NCBI RefSeq assembly: GCF_001194135.2 | Contig: NC_068992.1 | Coordinates: forward strand, 51,894,716-51,958,715 | Source: Octopus bimaculoides | Taxonomy: Eukaryota | Direction: 5' to 3' | DNA: 64,000 nucleotides | Part shown: positions 49,101-60,785 of the stretch, piece by piece | Position numbering within the stretch: position 1 is the stretch's first letter | How the letters are laid out: each line of letters opens with the position of its first letter | The notes under the pieces: generated by a model | Told to the model about the DNA's origin: nothing | The model's input: only the letters and a program-made list of their open reading frames with translations | The model's database searches: none | Translations under genes and position numbers: made by a program

Positions 49101-50539
49101 CTGACTGGTGTATAGAAGGTAGACTGACAACTTGTCAGGACAAAAGGCCATCAAACCTACAAATCAATATGAACTCCTTTAAATCTTTGTATCTAGAAAC
49201 GCTAGCTTTTTTGGCAACCACTTAATGTTTCTCTTAAATGTATGAGCCTTGCCTTTCATCTGAGTCAGATTAATAAATGCAAAGTTTACCCAAGATTGTT
49301 TTAGCCTGCTTGATACCAATCTCCCTGAAATCACCCCTAGCTTTATGATACTATTTCCTTTTTTTTTTTAATGATCTTAAGTAAAACCTTCCATAAAAAT
49401 TTCATGTTAATGTCGTAAAACGTTAGTCAACAGATGTAAGCATAGATCTGCAAAGTGCCTGATGGAAATATTGAGCGAGAGGCTTTTTGGGAGCCAACAG
49501 TCTGAGTGCTTCTGGCTGATGAGACAAAACATGTCAGATGCTTATGTCCCAGAATTCCTGGTGTCAATGAGCCATGTGTGTTATGAACGTACTGTCATTG
49601 TAAAACAGAACTTCTCTCCTATGACATACACTACAGTGACCAGAATATTTTGCATTTGACCTTACCCAGATTTATGAAGAATAAATATGCAAATAACCAC
49701 TTCATATATCACTGTATATGGTGAAATTAACAAAATTTTATTATTCTCAAAATTAATTTTAACAAAACTGTATCTCAACAGAAATGTGGTAACAAAAGAG
49801 TAAAGTCTGTCCTGTTCTTTTTTTGGCATATATTTTTCCCCCTTAGTATCATAACATATGCATGTTGTGTTCCATGTGTAGATAAAATAATGGTAAATGT
49901 GTATTTCCTCGTCATTTCTTAGGTTTTATTTGCAATACCCTTAGTAATTATTCTTTTGCCATACTTTTTAGTTCACTTAATTCTCTAATACTCTCATGCT
50001 GCATTCAGTTAATATAATCATAAAAAAATACATTTAATATAGTTATAAGATTTACATGGATTAGGTAATAAAAACACTAAAACACTGCCATGAATTACAT
50101 TCAAGATATAACTATGCATAAAAGAGTATCAGCTGACAACCTCTTCCATGTACATTTTATTAAAAACATTAACTACAGTTAAATGTGTATCTAAAAACTC
50201 GTATGGTACATGGAATGCAATAATCTTGTATAACATTACTGCTGAATTCTTAACTTTCATAGAGTCAAGCTGCCATTTCAACATTTTGACTTTTATAATC
50301 TGCGTTTGTCTATATTTTACTACACTGTCTTTGATAAATCGAAAACACTTATAATACCATCATATCTTTAATAAACAACATCTACTGATATCATTTTGCT
50401 CTTCATAAATAGGATCTGCCAGTATATTACTTCATTGTCTTTAATAATGAGAATACATTTGAACATCTACACGTAACACTACTTTTCACAAGCTCTGCCT
50501 ACATTTTTACCCTCATTTTCTTCATAATTAAAATTTTAC

Positions 50540-50760
50540 ATTGATGGATTGACAGAATCGTTAGAGTATTGAATCGAATACCTTATGGTGTTTAATTACA
50601 ACATTTTAATTACTAAGCTAAAATACTACCAAATTCAACCTTACTTTTTCCCCATTTTAGATTTGATTAAATGAAGTACCAGTCAAATACGGGGATTGAT
50701 ATAATCGATTAACCTTTAATCCCCAATTTTCTAGCCTTGTGGCTGCGTAAGAAATTATAA
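50540..50760 (+). mobile_element. SINE family B, diverged
   Basis: gacagaatcgttagag head; aagtaccagtcaaatacgggg; ctagccttgtgg tail. Confidence 0.7.
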
Positions 50761-50819
50761 TTAAGGTCAACATCTTGCCTTTAGAAATATAGTTTTCCTA
50801 GATATTTAACTAGATGTAC

Positions 50820-51095
50820 ATATAGACAAGGACAGACGTATGAATGAGGACAGTTGCATAAAGAAGTGTAGATTTCTAAGAGGTAGACCCAGGGAGACAT
50901 GGGATGAGGTGGTGAAATGGGATCTTCAGATGTTCAGTTCCATGGAGGTGATGACAAGTGATTGAGACTGTTGGCAATTTGCTCTATTTGAGAAAACTCG
51001 TTAAGCTTAGTAAAATCATAGTCTTGGTCAGTGTCAGTGACATGTAAAAGGCACCCATGCTGGTGACACATTAAATGACTCCTGCCGCAGTGCCA
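50820..51095 (+). mobile_element. RTE-clade LINE C-terminus plus start of 3' UTR
   Basis: RGRPRETWDEVVKWDLQMFSSMEVMTSD*DCWQFALFEKTR*, followed by cagtgacatgtaaaaggcaccc tail units. Confidence 0.8.
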
Positions 51096-51109
51096 GGCTA
51101 CTAGTTAGT

Positions 51110-51240
51110 GACTTTAGAATTAGGGCTAGGGAGACTCGGAGATATAATCCACATTGGAAAAGAAGATTATGGAAGCTCAAAGATCTTGCAAACCAACAAA
51201 AATTTAGATACATTCTACTGGAGGCCTCTGATAATAGAGA
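51110..51240 (+). mobile_element. RTE linker-region fragment
   Basis: KRRLWKLKDLANQQKFRYILLEA, homologous in type to the IWKFK region at about 8000; followed by (GAG)n at 51240-51330. Confidence 0.55.
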
Positions 51241-51890
51241 GGAGGAGGGAGAAGGAGTGGAGGAGGAGGAGGAGGAGGAGGAGGAGGGAGAAGGAGTGGA
51301 AGAGGAGGGAGAAGGAGTGGAGGAGGAGGAAAACAAAAAACTAGTTTAAAGGATACACCTTTGAAAATGGTTTTGTTTCATTGGTCCTTTCAGCTAAGGG
51401 CTTTAAGCATGCAATGAACAAAATAAATTTAGTATAAATTCATTCCTATTGTAAAATCGAAGAAAACCTTAAATCGAACAACAGATTCCAAATACATATG
51501 GTAAATAATCATATACGAAATATAAGTCAATTAATACATACATTAAAATTAAAAATTTCATGCTATAATATTTTTTTAGCAGTATATACGCTTACTAGAC
51601 CATCTATAATATACATATATACACCAAAATATACAGATGCATGTACATAGTTATATACACATTTAGATATAAATATAAAACATAAATATATACACGAATA
51701 CACACATATACATATATGTACATATACATGCATGTGTATAAAATCTCTTGGTGTATACATATACATGTAAGACATGAATATATACACAAATACACATATG
51801 TATGTATATATGTATGCATGTGTATGTATGTATATATATATATATATTCAAGCAAAGAACATCAACAGAATAGAGGACTTAAAAACATAA

Positions 51891-51970
51891 TGATTTACTG
51901 ACAGTGACTTCGAAGTTTAACTGCAGGAATACACCACTGCTAAAACATCGAAGTCACTGTCAACAAATTA
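51891..51970. ncRNA. candidate pri-miRNA-like hairpin
   Basis: Perfect 15-bp stem (51899-51913 with 51948-51962), extended to about 29 paired positions with small internal loops and a 10-nt terminal loop; no expression evidence. Confidence 0.35.
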
Positions 51971-53174
51971 CTAATAAGCAAACACACACATATGCACATA
52001 CACTCACACACACACTCACACACACAAACACATACACGCACACACATATATATACTTATGTAATTTTCCTATTTTATGTAGAGAACCAAATTTATTTGAT
52101 GCTGTGAATTTTCTCTCCTGAGGAAAATAAAGCAGTGTTGGTCGTAATTAGATTGAGAATAGAAACAACTGATTAGATTGTTGCTTCAAGAGTAGAGATA
52201 CATTCTGTTTGATACTTTCAGTTATATTTGAGCTGGAAAAAAAAAAGAAAGAAAAAAACTTATAGACTGTTCAAACAAGAGATTAGTTATATAGAGTGCA
52301 CAGTTTAAAAGCACACACATAAAAAAAAAATTCTTCGAATATAATGAAAACATCACATGGAAGAGAATCAATTCCCCATATGTTTGCTACCTGACCTACC
52401 ATATTAGCAAACTAAAATTAGGCGATCTAAACATAAATATGAAAAAATATAAAATAGATAAATGAATAAATAAAAAAATTAAGTCTGCATTGAGTGGGTA
52501 GGGATTTGTGTTCAAACTCATAATACTTTTGATTAGTACAGTTTTTTCTTCCTTTTTGGGTTTTTTATTTATTTATGAATTTTTGTTTCTTTTCATAAGC
52601 TATTTGCTTTGTGAATTATTGAAAATAGTTGCACCACAATGAGATTTAAATTAGATTCAGTTCAGTGGCATTTAGGCTACAATTATTTCACATTCACTAC
52701 TGATTGGCTTTAAATCACTTCTGTTCCTATTTTTCTACTTTGCATGATTTACCATAACCCGCCTTTAACACCCTTTGATGAGGAAGATGCTCGATTGTAA
52801 TGAAATTAAGCTACGTCAAATGGATAATGCTTTAGGTGTGTTCTTTCAGAGATTTGAATGAATTCAACAGTGAAATTAACAACAATTTACATTAGAAATT
52901 TTGAAAAGAAGAAAGAAAACAAAAACGAAATCATCACTATAGATCATTAACATAATTTTGGAAATCAAATGGACTGCAGGCATCTGGTTCCAGTACCAGA
53001 AAAGAATCACTTCTGTCTAAATAGTGAACATGTGTTGTGAATTCATAATAAGATAAAAGATAGGGGTAATTGGTATTACTTTGTAGGAACGACCACATCT
53101 TGAGTCAATGAGATAATTCCATGCTGTGTTAAGAATTTAAAACACTTTTTTTTTTCTATTGCTTGGTCAGTGGA

Positions 53175-53430
53175 GAAAGAAGGTAAATAAGTAATCTTCT
53201 TGAGTAATGCCGGCTCATAAAGGTCTGTTTCCCAGTTTTCATGGCATATAAATTCCCTACCTGGATGGGATGCTGGTCTATCACAGGATTACTCGTTTTT
53301 GCCAGCTGAGTGGACTGGAGCAATGTGAAATGAAGTGTCTTGCTCAAGAACATGATACATCGCTGGTCCAGGAATTGAAACAACATTCTTATGATGATGA
53401 GTCCAACACCCTAACAACTAAATCACACGC
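53175..53430 (-). mobile_element. SINE family C
   Basis: tttttgccagctgagtggactggagcaatgtgaaatgaagtgtcttgctcaag; closely similar to 44070-44335. Confidence 0.88.
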
Positions 53431-53914
53431 CCCCCCACAGAGGACAAAGGACCACGCTCTGAACCTTAAAGGGCTTCTGAGAATTGTTGCAAGAAGTTAT
53501 TCTCAGCTTGGTGACATGTGACTGAGTGTACTTCGCAAAAGGTACCCAATGGCTAGATGCAATATTATACTAATGGACAGGCTATGTCTACAACTCAGTG
53601 ACTATTCCACAATTAGCTACATTCTACAGATGCCACAATAACTCTTCCACATGGAACTGTAAATAAAATATTTACATAGTCTCTAGTAGCATTCATGTGG
53701 AGTTGATGAGTTGAGAAAAATGCCACTAACCCCTTCTGTTTCCCCCCATTCCCTGCCCTACTTCCTCGTTTCCTTTTGTTTCACTTTATCCCTCATACTT
53801 TTACTTAGAATCATCACACATTCTTATAGTCTCCTTCTGTTATAGGGGCTACTTTAGATCCTTAGACTTGCTGAAAACAAGGTGATCATTACTATTGCTG
53901 GTATTCTCTTCTAT

Positions 53915-54140
53915 TGGTGGTTATACTTGAAGGAATATCGCAAATCTATGACACAGGGAGATATTGATAAATTGGGTATAGCTGCTCATGCATGGAAAAA
54001 TGGAGACCACCTCTCCCTGTGGGATGAAGTTAAAATAATAGACAGAGAACACCACTGGAAAATATGAAAACTAAAATAAGCAGCACATATGCTAGGACAC
54101 AACAACCTCTAAAGCAGACTAAGTGCAGATATGAACAACA
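53915..54140 (+). mobile_element. Penelope-like element, GIY-YIG endonuclease C-terminal relic
   Basis: LKEYRKSMTQGDIDKLGIAAHAWKNGDHLSLWDEVKIIDREHHWKI*KLK*AAHM matches the PLE pattern EH...S.IA.H.W...H...W..V.I.D.E...R..KEA. Confidence 0.8.
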
Positions 54141-54485
54141 TATGAGAACCAGTTCAGTTCCACTGCATGGCACCTAGAGCAAGTGTCTTCTACTATAGCC
54201 TCAGACTAAACAAAATCTTCTGAGTGGATTTGGTGGACAGAAATTGAAAGAAACCCATCATGTGTGTGTGTGTGAGTCTTTGTGTATGTGTTTGCCCCCA
54301 CATCCACTTGACAATCAGTACTGGTGTGTTTATGTTCCCGTGACTTAACAGTCTGGCAACACAGATTGATAGAATGCCTACCAGGCTTTACAAAAAATCG
54401 TAAGTTCTAGGGTCAATTTGTTAGACTAAAATTCCCCAAGGCTGTGATCCAGCATGGCCACAGGCTTCTGACTGAAACATGAAAG
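54140..54485 (+). mobile_element. SINE family A, 5'-clipped
   Basis: ccactgcatggcacctagagcaagtgtcttctactatagcc, internal (TG)n and agataaataaag tail. Confidence 0.85.
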
Positions 54486-54569
54486 AGATAAATAAAGAAA
54501 AAAGAAGCAGATTATTTGCTAATGCTTGCTCGTTTGTCAAATCACTAATAAATCTTGTGTGAAGGTATG

Positions 54570-54890
54570 TGACATAGTAGTTAGGGTATTCATAGTGGTT
54601 AGCTCGCACTCATAAAGTCACGACTTCAATTCTTGGTGGCATGTTGTCTCCTCGAGCAAGACACTTAATTTCATGTTGCTCCAGTCCACTCACCTGACAA
54701 AAATTAGTAGTACCTGTATGTCATTCAAAGGTTACATTCTGTATCACACTGAATCTCCATGAGAACTATACTGAGACTACACACATCTGTGGAATGCTCA
54801 GCCAATTGTATGTTTATTTCATGAGGAGGCTGTTCCATTGATCAGATCAACCGGAACCCTCCTTATCATAAGCAATGGAGTGCCAGTTTT
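54570..54890 (+). mobile_element. SINE family C variant
   Basis: tgtctcctcgagcaagacacttaatttcatgttgctccagtccactc. Confidence 0.8.
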
Positions 54891-55269
54891 ATAATAAATC
54901 TTGAGATGCATGCAAAACAGTAAGAATATAAACATTAATGTATGTAATTATTCTTAATACATTCTGGCATATTTCAATGTGAATATGACCTCTGTTGTAT
55001 TCCACCATTAGGTCACTGGAGAAGATCTCCCCCACTTCAGCTGATGTTATTGATCTGAGTTAGCTTTGACTAAAGAGACACATTATTTTAAAATTCTAAC
55101 TGGTTTGTGTGCATCCCAACAATGACTTTCGTAATAGCAATAAAAGAAAACGAAATTTTATATCAATGGATCATAAAACTTGCATGCGATTTAGCACCAA
55201 TTTATATTGTTGTGAAAGTCAGAAATACTTTATTGGCGTCAAATGAAAAGACAAAGGGTAATAATTCTT

Positions 55270-55490
55270 TCTATTATAGGCACAAGGCCTGAAATTTTTG
55301 GGGAAGGGAGGAGGAGGTCAATTACATCAAACCACAGTGCATAACTGGTACTTATTTCATCGACCCCCAAAAAGATGAGTAGCAAAGTCAACTTTGGTGG
55401 AATTTGAACTCAGATCATAAGGAGAGGCAAAATATTGCTAAGCAGTTAATCCAGAGAGCTAACAATTCTGCCAGCTCACCACCACCTTAC
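55270..55490 (-). mobile_element. SINE family B
   Basis: ctggtacttatttcatcgacccc...aatttgaactcag...attctgccagctcacc. Confidence 0.88.
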
Positions 55491-58400
55491 AAAGGGTGAC
55501 AATGAAATCACATTATTATATTTTGGGATGGTCATTCTTTTTTTGCTAAATAAACACAAGCACTATATATCCATTTTTCACTTCAGATATTTTATCATTC
55601 TTATTTTATGCCCTTTGTTTGGAAAAATTGTTCACACCTATTGTGACCTCTTCAGCAACTCTCCTTCCCTCGTGTCAAAATCATCATGACCAATATTCCA
55701 TTTGTTTTGGTGTCCATGTGGGTCTACATGCAGAGAGACTAATTTAAAATAAGACCATTTAGCTTTTCTCCCAGCTTACAAATGCTTAAGAATTTGAAAC
55801 ATCTTTACTTTTTAATTACTGTGTCTCCAACAGTACTAAAGGCATTTTCAATCAGGTATGATATTGGAAAAGGCAGAAACACTTGCTGAGCCTGACTATT
55901 ATTATAATTAATAAATGAGCTGTCCTAAAAGGGAATTTATATATATATATATGATGAGATGAATGGATTAACTGGTATTTCAACAATTATTTCATTAGGT
56001 GTCTTACTCATTTATTTGGTGGCCTGTTGAGTTGGGAGGCGTGCAACATTTACACAATCTAATTAATTGCATTATAATAGTATCAAAATAAAAATTCATA
56101 ATGAAAAAATTGTAACAATACCAGAGAACCCATTCACCTGTTTTTATTATATTTTTATACTATACATAAGTTCTCATTCATTGTTCGATGATACTGGATA
56201 CTTTTGGATACAAATGGAATTTTTAATTAGCAAACCTTTTTCGTGATGCATTCTGGGTTACTTAACTGCCTGTTTTTGCATCATTCTGAGTAACATGCCT
56301 CACTTTGATATGCAGAGAGTATTTAAGGATCCCAGCAATCAAAATTATACATACATTCATACATAAATACATATATACATACATACATGTGTATGTATGT
56401 ATGAATGCATCAATGTATGTATGTGTGTCTGCATGCATGCGTGTATGTATGTAAGCATGTAGTGTAGCAACAGCTGGTACAGTCTTTCCTAGATTGGAGA
56501 TCTTTCTTTGACTGTAATTCCTCCCCAATTCCTGCTCCCAAAATAAAATTCTCTTTAGTCTTGAAATTCTTCTCCTGAGAACCAAGTGCCTCTTGTCTGA
56601 CTATCGTTGCTAAAGAGAATCATACACAAAATTAAAGAAAAAATAAAACAAGTTAAATGGAAGACATTTTTTCTGGAACAAAACGGAATAATTTGGTACT
56701 AATTTTGAGACTAACGAAAGAGATGTAATAGAAAAATATCGTTAACAGACTACTAGGAACCTATACTTTATGTGTAGTAATCATAGTTGGTTATTCATAC
56801 ATGTTCATTACAGTATGTAATGAAATATTCATATAACACAAATTTCTGATTGTGTGTATGTGTGTGTGTGTGTGTGTATCTGTGTGTGTACTTTAACTTT
56901 TTTGTTTATCTGTCTGGGAGAACACTTGGTTTTATCATACAAAACTATTTCAAAGTATTTATATGTAAATTTATGCATCAAACGAAAGAACCTTTTGTGA
57001 AATTTAGAGTTCTTGTGTAAGAACCTTTTGTGAAATTTAGTTCCAAACACTAGCTTTATGAAGAAGTGGTTACTTAATTTAGAAAACTCCTCCTAATACT
57101 TGATTATTTTAAAATCTAATTAAAGCTTAGAGATCATATTTCTTTTCACTTACATTCACAGAGGGGTTAAACTGTAATGTTTGGTTATACTAACAGTGAA
57201 TTTAATACACAATCTCATGATGGAAGCAAACATGGTATTTCAAATACAACAAATAATATACAAAGCACTTAAGAAGAAAATAACAGTTATTGGCCAATTA
57301 TTGATAGAAAATAATATGTTCCAGATAAGAAAATGTGTTCTAATTAATTGACTTTAGAAAAATGATCATTTGATCAACATTTAGACATAATGAATCTCTA
57401 TTAGTGAAATATTAAACATTTTTATATAATGTAATATGTTTCAATGGAAGTTACAATAGCTATAAAATGTGAAACAAAGTGATTTCTATATACCCAACAG
57501 CAGGCGTAGCTTGATAGTATGGATAACAAGTAAATTGAATATTTGCCTATCTTCATGAGTTTGTAATTGAAGTTTTGAGGTTATAGGGTTATATTTGTAA
57601 ATGATATATAATTATTAACCCCTACATGGTCATTGATACAATAGTATAGAAAGTTTCACCTTAAAATCAGTATTTAAAATTATAAAAAAAGGAATTAATG
57701 TTTTTTGTGTTATCATTGTTCAGTGATATTTATGAAAGCATCATTTGATCCCAAACCACAAATAGTTTTCTTATTAGAATTTATTTACCACTTTCTAGTC
57801 AAAAGGTGAAATCTAGTTAGACATCTCTTTAAGTAAAGATGCTGTTAAAAGAAATTATATTTCGTGTTATACTAAGCTTTTTAGATTAATATTTTTCTTT
57901 TTTGCCTATTAATTTTTTCTGTCACATAATCAAAGAAAGTAACATTTTCTTACTCTGACAAGTTCTGTTATCTTCAACCATAAATATCGAGGTGTACTAC
58001 CAATATAATGTTCTTATCTAAGGTCGTAAATGACCAACACAATTCTTCTTTAAAAGTTACGAAACACAGATTCTATCAATGAGTAGATAATGAATTATTT
58101 TCAGAAGTTTACAATCTAATGAATCTGTAGTCTTTTAATAGTAGTTAAAAGATTTAAGAAAAAAAAAAAAGATTTGCTTTTCAAAATTCAAACAATTCAC
58201 ACACATATGCTTGCTGCAAGTGAACACACATGTGCACTCTCATACACGAGAGTTTACATAAAACTTTATTTTTTTTTTAAGGCTACATGACAAAACCCTA
58301 CATTCTGTTGACATACACATATAACGATGCAAAGATGCAATAATGACTTTTAAATTTCAAATGAAACTATGGAAAAAAGAAAGACCAGCAAGAAAATCAA

Positions 58401-58584
58401 GTACGAAGTAAATAATTTAAACTGCATCATTCACGAGTGTTTTATAACAACTTACATCACTATTGTCTTTGCTGATTTGACTGTTTCGTTTCTTCTTCAT
58501 CTGATTCCTAGCTTGATGTTTGCTAGCTAAATTATAGAGCTATTCCAACTGTTGAAAATAAATCTAAATATTAGCATTTTTATG

Positions 58585-58610
58585 TATGCACATACATATA
58601 TATATATATG

Positions 58611-58660
<50 letters not shown>

Positions 58661-58820
58661 CATACATATATATATATATATATACATACATACACATACA
58701 TATATATGTATGAAAATATATATATATATAGTTACATAACTATACATACATGCTCACACTCACATATATATATGTACATACACATATACATGCACATACA
58801 CACACACACACATATGTATA
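58585..58820. repeat. (TA)n/(CA)n block
   Basis: Direct reading. Confidence 0.95.
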
Positions 58821-59289
58821 TAATTTGTCTCTTTCTTTTTTCTCCTCTCATGTGAGATTTCTTTTATTCTTTCTTGCTAAAATGAAAAGCAAATCCTGTC
58901 ATCATCATATACAAACTATTTATATAGGTGCTGATCAATATTATTACAAATATAAGCATCTGTACAACTGTATATTTTAATATCAATGCACTGAGATAAA
59001 TCAAAGTGGTTTTTAAAAAAATAAATATAGAGAAATTGACAGTTTCAATATGTAAACATTCTCTTGCTGGTTCATATATCTCAATGGAGAAACAATCTTT
59101 TAACATCCTGTTTTTCTTGTTGTTTTAAAATGTATATATCAACTAGTCTTCTGTCTTTTTTATTTATTTGTTTATTCGGTTGTTTGTTTATTTATTTATA
59201 AGTTAAAATATATTTTTCTCTTTTAAATATAATTCATATATTTGCAAAGCATTAATATTCTATAATAACAAGCAGAATAGGTTTCAAAG

Positions 59290-59425
59290 TGACAGTAGAA
59301 AAAGAAGAAAGGACACAAAGAGAGAAAAAGAGAGAGTTAGATAGATAAAGAAAGAGAGAGAGAGAGAGAGAGAAAGGCGACAGAGAAAAGAGAGAGAGAG
59401 AGAGAGAGTGAGAGAGAGGCTAAGA
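59290..59425. repeat. (GA)n-rich block
   Basis: Direct reading. Confidence 0.9.
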
Positions 59426-59819
59426 ATAAAGTTCTAAGCTTTATGTTTGCAAGTTCACTTCTTAAACATGTTCCATTTTCATTTTATGTCTCCAACACCA
59501 ATAAAATAGGTTGCATCTGTAACATACTATTCTTGGTTGTTTCAGTTGACTAGAGCCTCATTTCCTTTAAAAATAAAACCATGAATCTTTTAAAAGAATC
59601 AATATAATACTACAACTTCTACGCTATGGATCTCTCTACAATCAGTTGATCTGAAATAAAACTTGATACTAAAGTTACAAAGACAGTACTTTATATGTTA
59701 ATGCCAAATTTCATATAACTATTATAATTTAGATTTTTGTTCTGCTTGCGTTTGGTTCTTCTGTAGCTAATGCAACAAATGTGAGAATATGTATTTGACT
59801 AGTTTGTAATTTCCACCCA

Positions 59820-60000
59820 CATCAGTATAGGCATTGGTATGTAGTTAAGTAGTTCATTTCCTAAATGCATGGTTTTGGGGTCAATTCCACTGCATGGCAT
59901 CTTGAGCAAGTGTCATCTATGCCTCCAATAATTCCAAGTTGATCAAAGTGTGTAAGTGGATTTTGTTGATGGAAACTAAAAGAAACTTATCATATATATA
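59820..60000 (+). mobile_element. SINE family A, 5' half
   Basis: gggtcaattccactgcatggcatcttgagcaagtgtc. Confidence 0.8.
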
Positions 60001-60014
60001 TATATATATATATA

Positions 60015-60200
60015 TATGATAGATCGCTGACTGCTACACACAGTTTTTCTCTCTTTGTTTCTTTCTGTGTTCCTTTCAGTTGAAGAGCATAGGCTCGAAA
60101 CGTTAAAGACTTTTTCAATTCCCGACCGTTATACTAATACATCTATTTGTTTTCTACATTACCTGTCTTCATCTGTTGTTTTTTTTTTGTTAATTATCCT
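60015..60200 (+). mobile_element. non-autonomous Penelope-like repeat with decayed hammerhead motif (60073-60108)
   Basis: CTTT-CAGTTGA-A-GAGC-ATAG-GCTC-GAAAC-GTT-AAAG in a pyrimidine-rich context between (TA)n runs. Confidence 0.55.
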
Positions 60201-60369
60201 TTTATATATATATATATATATATACATATATACATACACACACACACATGCACGTGCTCACACATATGTAGGTATGAGCAAATGAGAAGCAAGCTCTCTC
60301 TAACCCAGAGTAAAGTGTGGAAACCCCTGAGGAGAAACAAGACTATGTTGGTTAAATTTCGAAATCACA

Positions 60370-60490
60370 TGATAGAGTCTATAGAAGAAGACACTCACCC
60401 AAGTTGCCACATTGTAGGACTGAACCCAGGACCACATGGTTGGAAAGCAAGGTTCTTAACCATGCAGCTGTACACTCACTTGCCTATTAT
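60370..60490 (-). mobile_element. SINE family A head
   Basis: cactcacccaagttgccacattgtaggactgaacccaggaccacatggttgg. Confidence 0.8.
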
Positions 60491-60564
60491 GTGATTATTA
60501 TAACATTGATTAACATGATTATTATAACATTGACATACATGTAAAACAATATTACACTCAAATA

Positions 60565-60785
60565 TAAGGCTGTGAGCTGGCAGAATCATTAGCATGCTGG
60601 GAAAAATGTTTAGCACCATTTCATCCGTCTTCACATTCTAAGTTCAAACTTCACCAAGGTCAAATTTGCCATTCATCCTCTCAGGGTTGATACACAAAGC
60701 ATCAGATAAACACTGGGTCAATGTAATTGACTTACCCCTAGTCCCAGAATTGCTAGCGTTGTGCCAAAATTTGAAACCAATATTA
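60565..60785 (+). mobile_element. SINE family B
   Basis: gtgagctggcagaatcattagc...gtgccaaaatttgaaacc. Confidence 0.88.

Noticed and set aside
49516-49545. CTGATGA-GAC-7nt-GTC hammerhead-like start
   Set aside because: Followed by AGATG rather than GAAA, with no helix I/III partner.
49462-49659. 65-aa ORF in a GC-richer block
   Set aside because: No recognisable homology in any frame and weak splice context; possibly an old TE relic.
50148-50354. KCVSKNSYG Ig-like motif in a 68-aa ORF
   Set aside because: Isolated motif with no rest of an Ig fold; the region overlaps the inverted duplicate on the opposite strand.
52775-52810. TTGATGAG...CTCGATT possible hammerhead relic
   Set aside because: Both core boxes are mismatched and helix II is ambiguous; too degenerate to support.
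56986-57040. 22-bp direct repeat with 33-bp period (CRISPR-like or TSD-like)
   Set aside because: Only two copies with an 11-bp spacer in a eukaryotic context; ordinary slippage duplication. A similar case lies at about 60495-60535.
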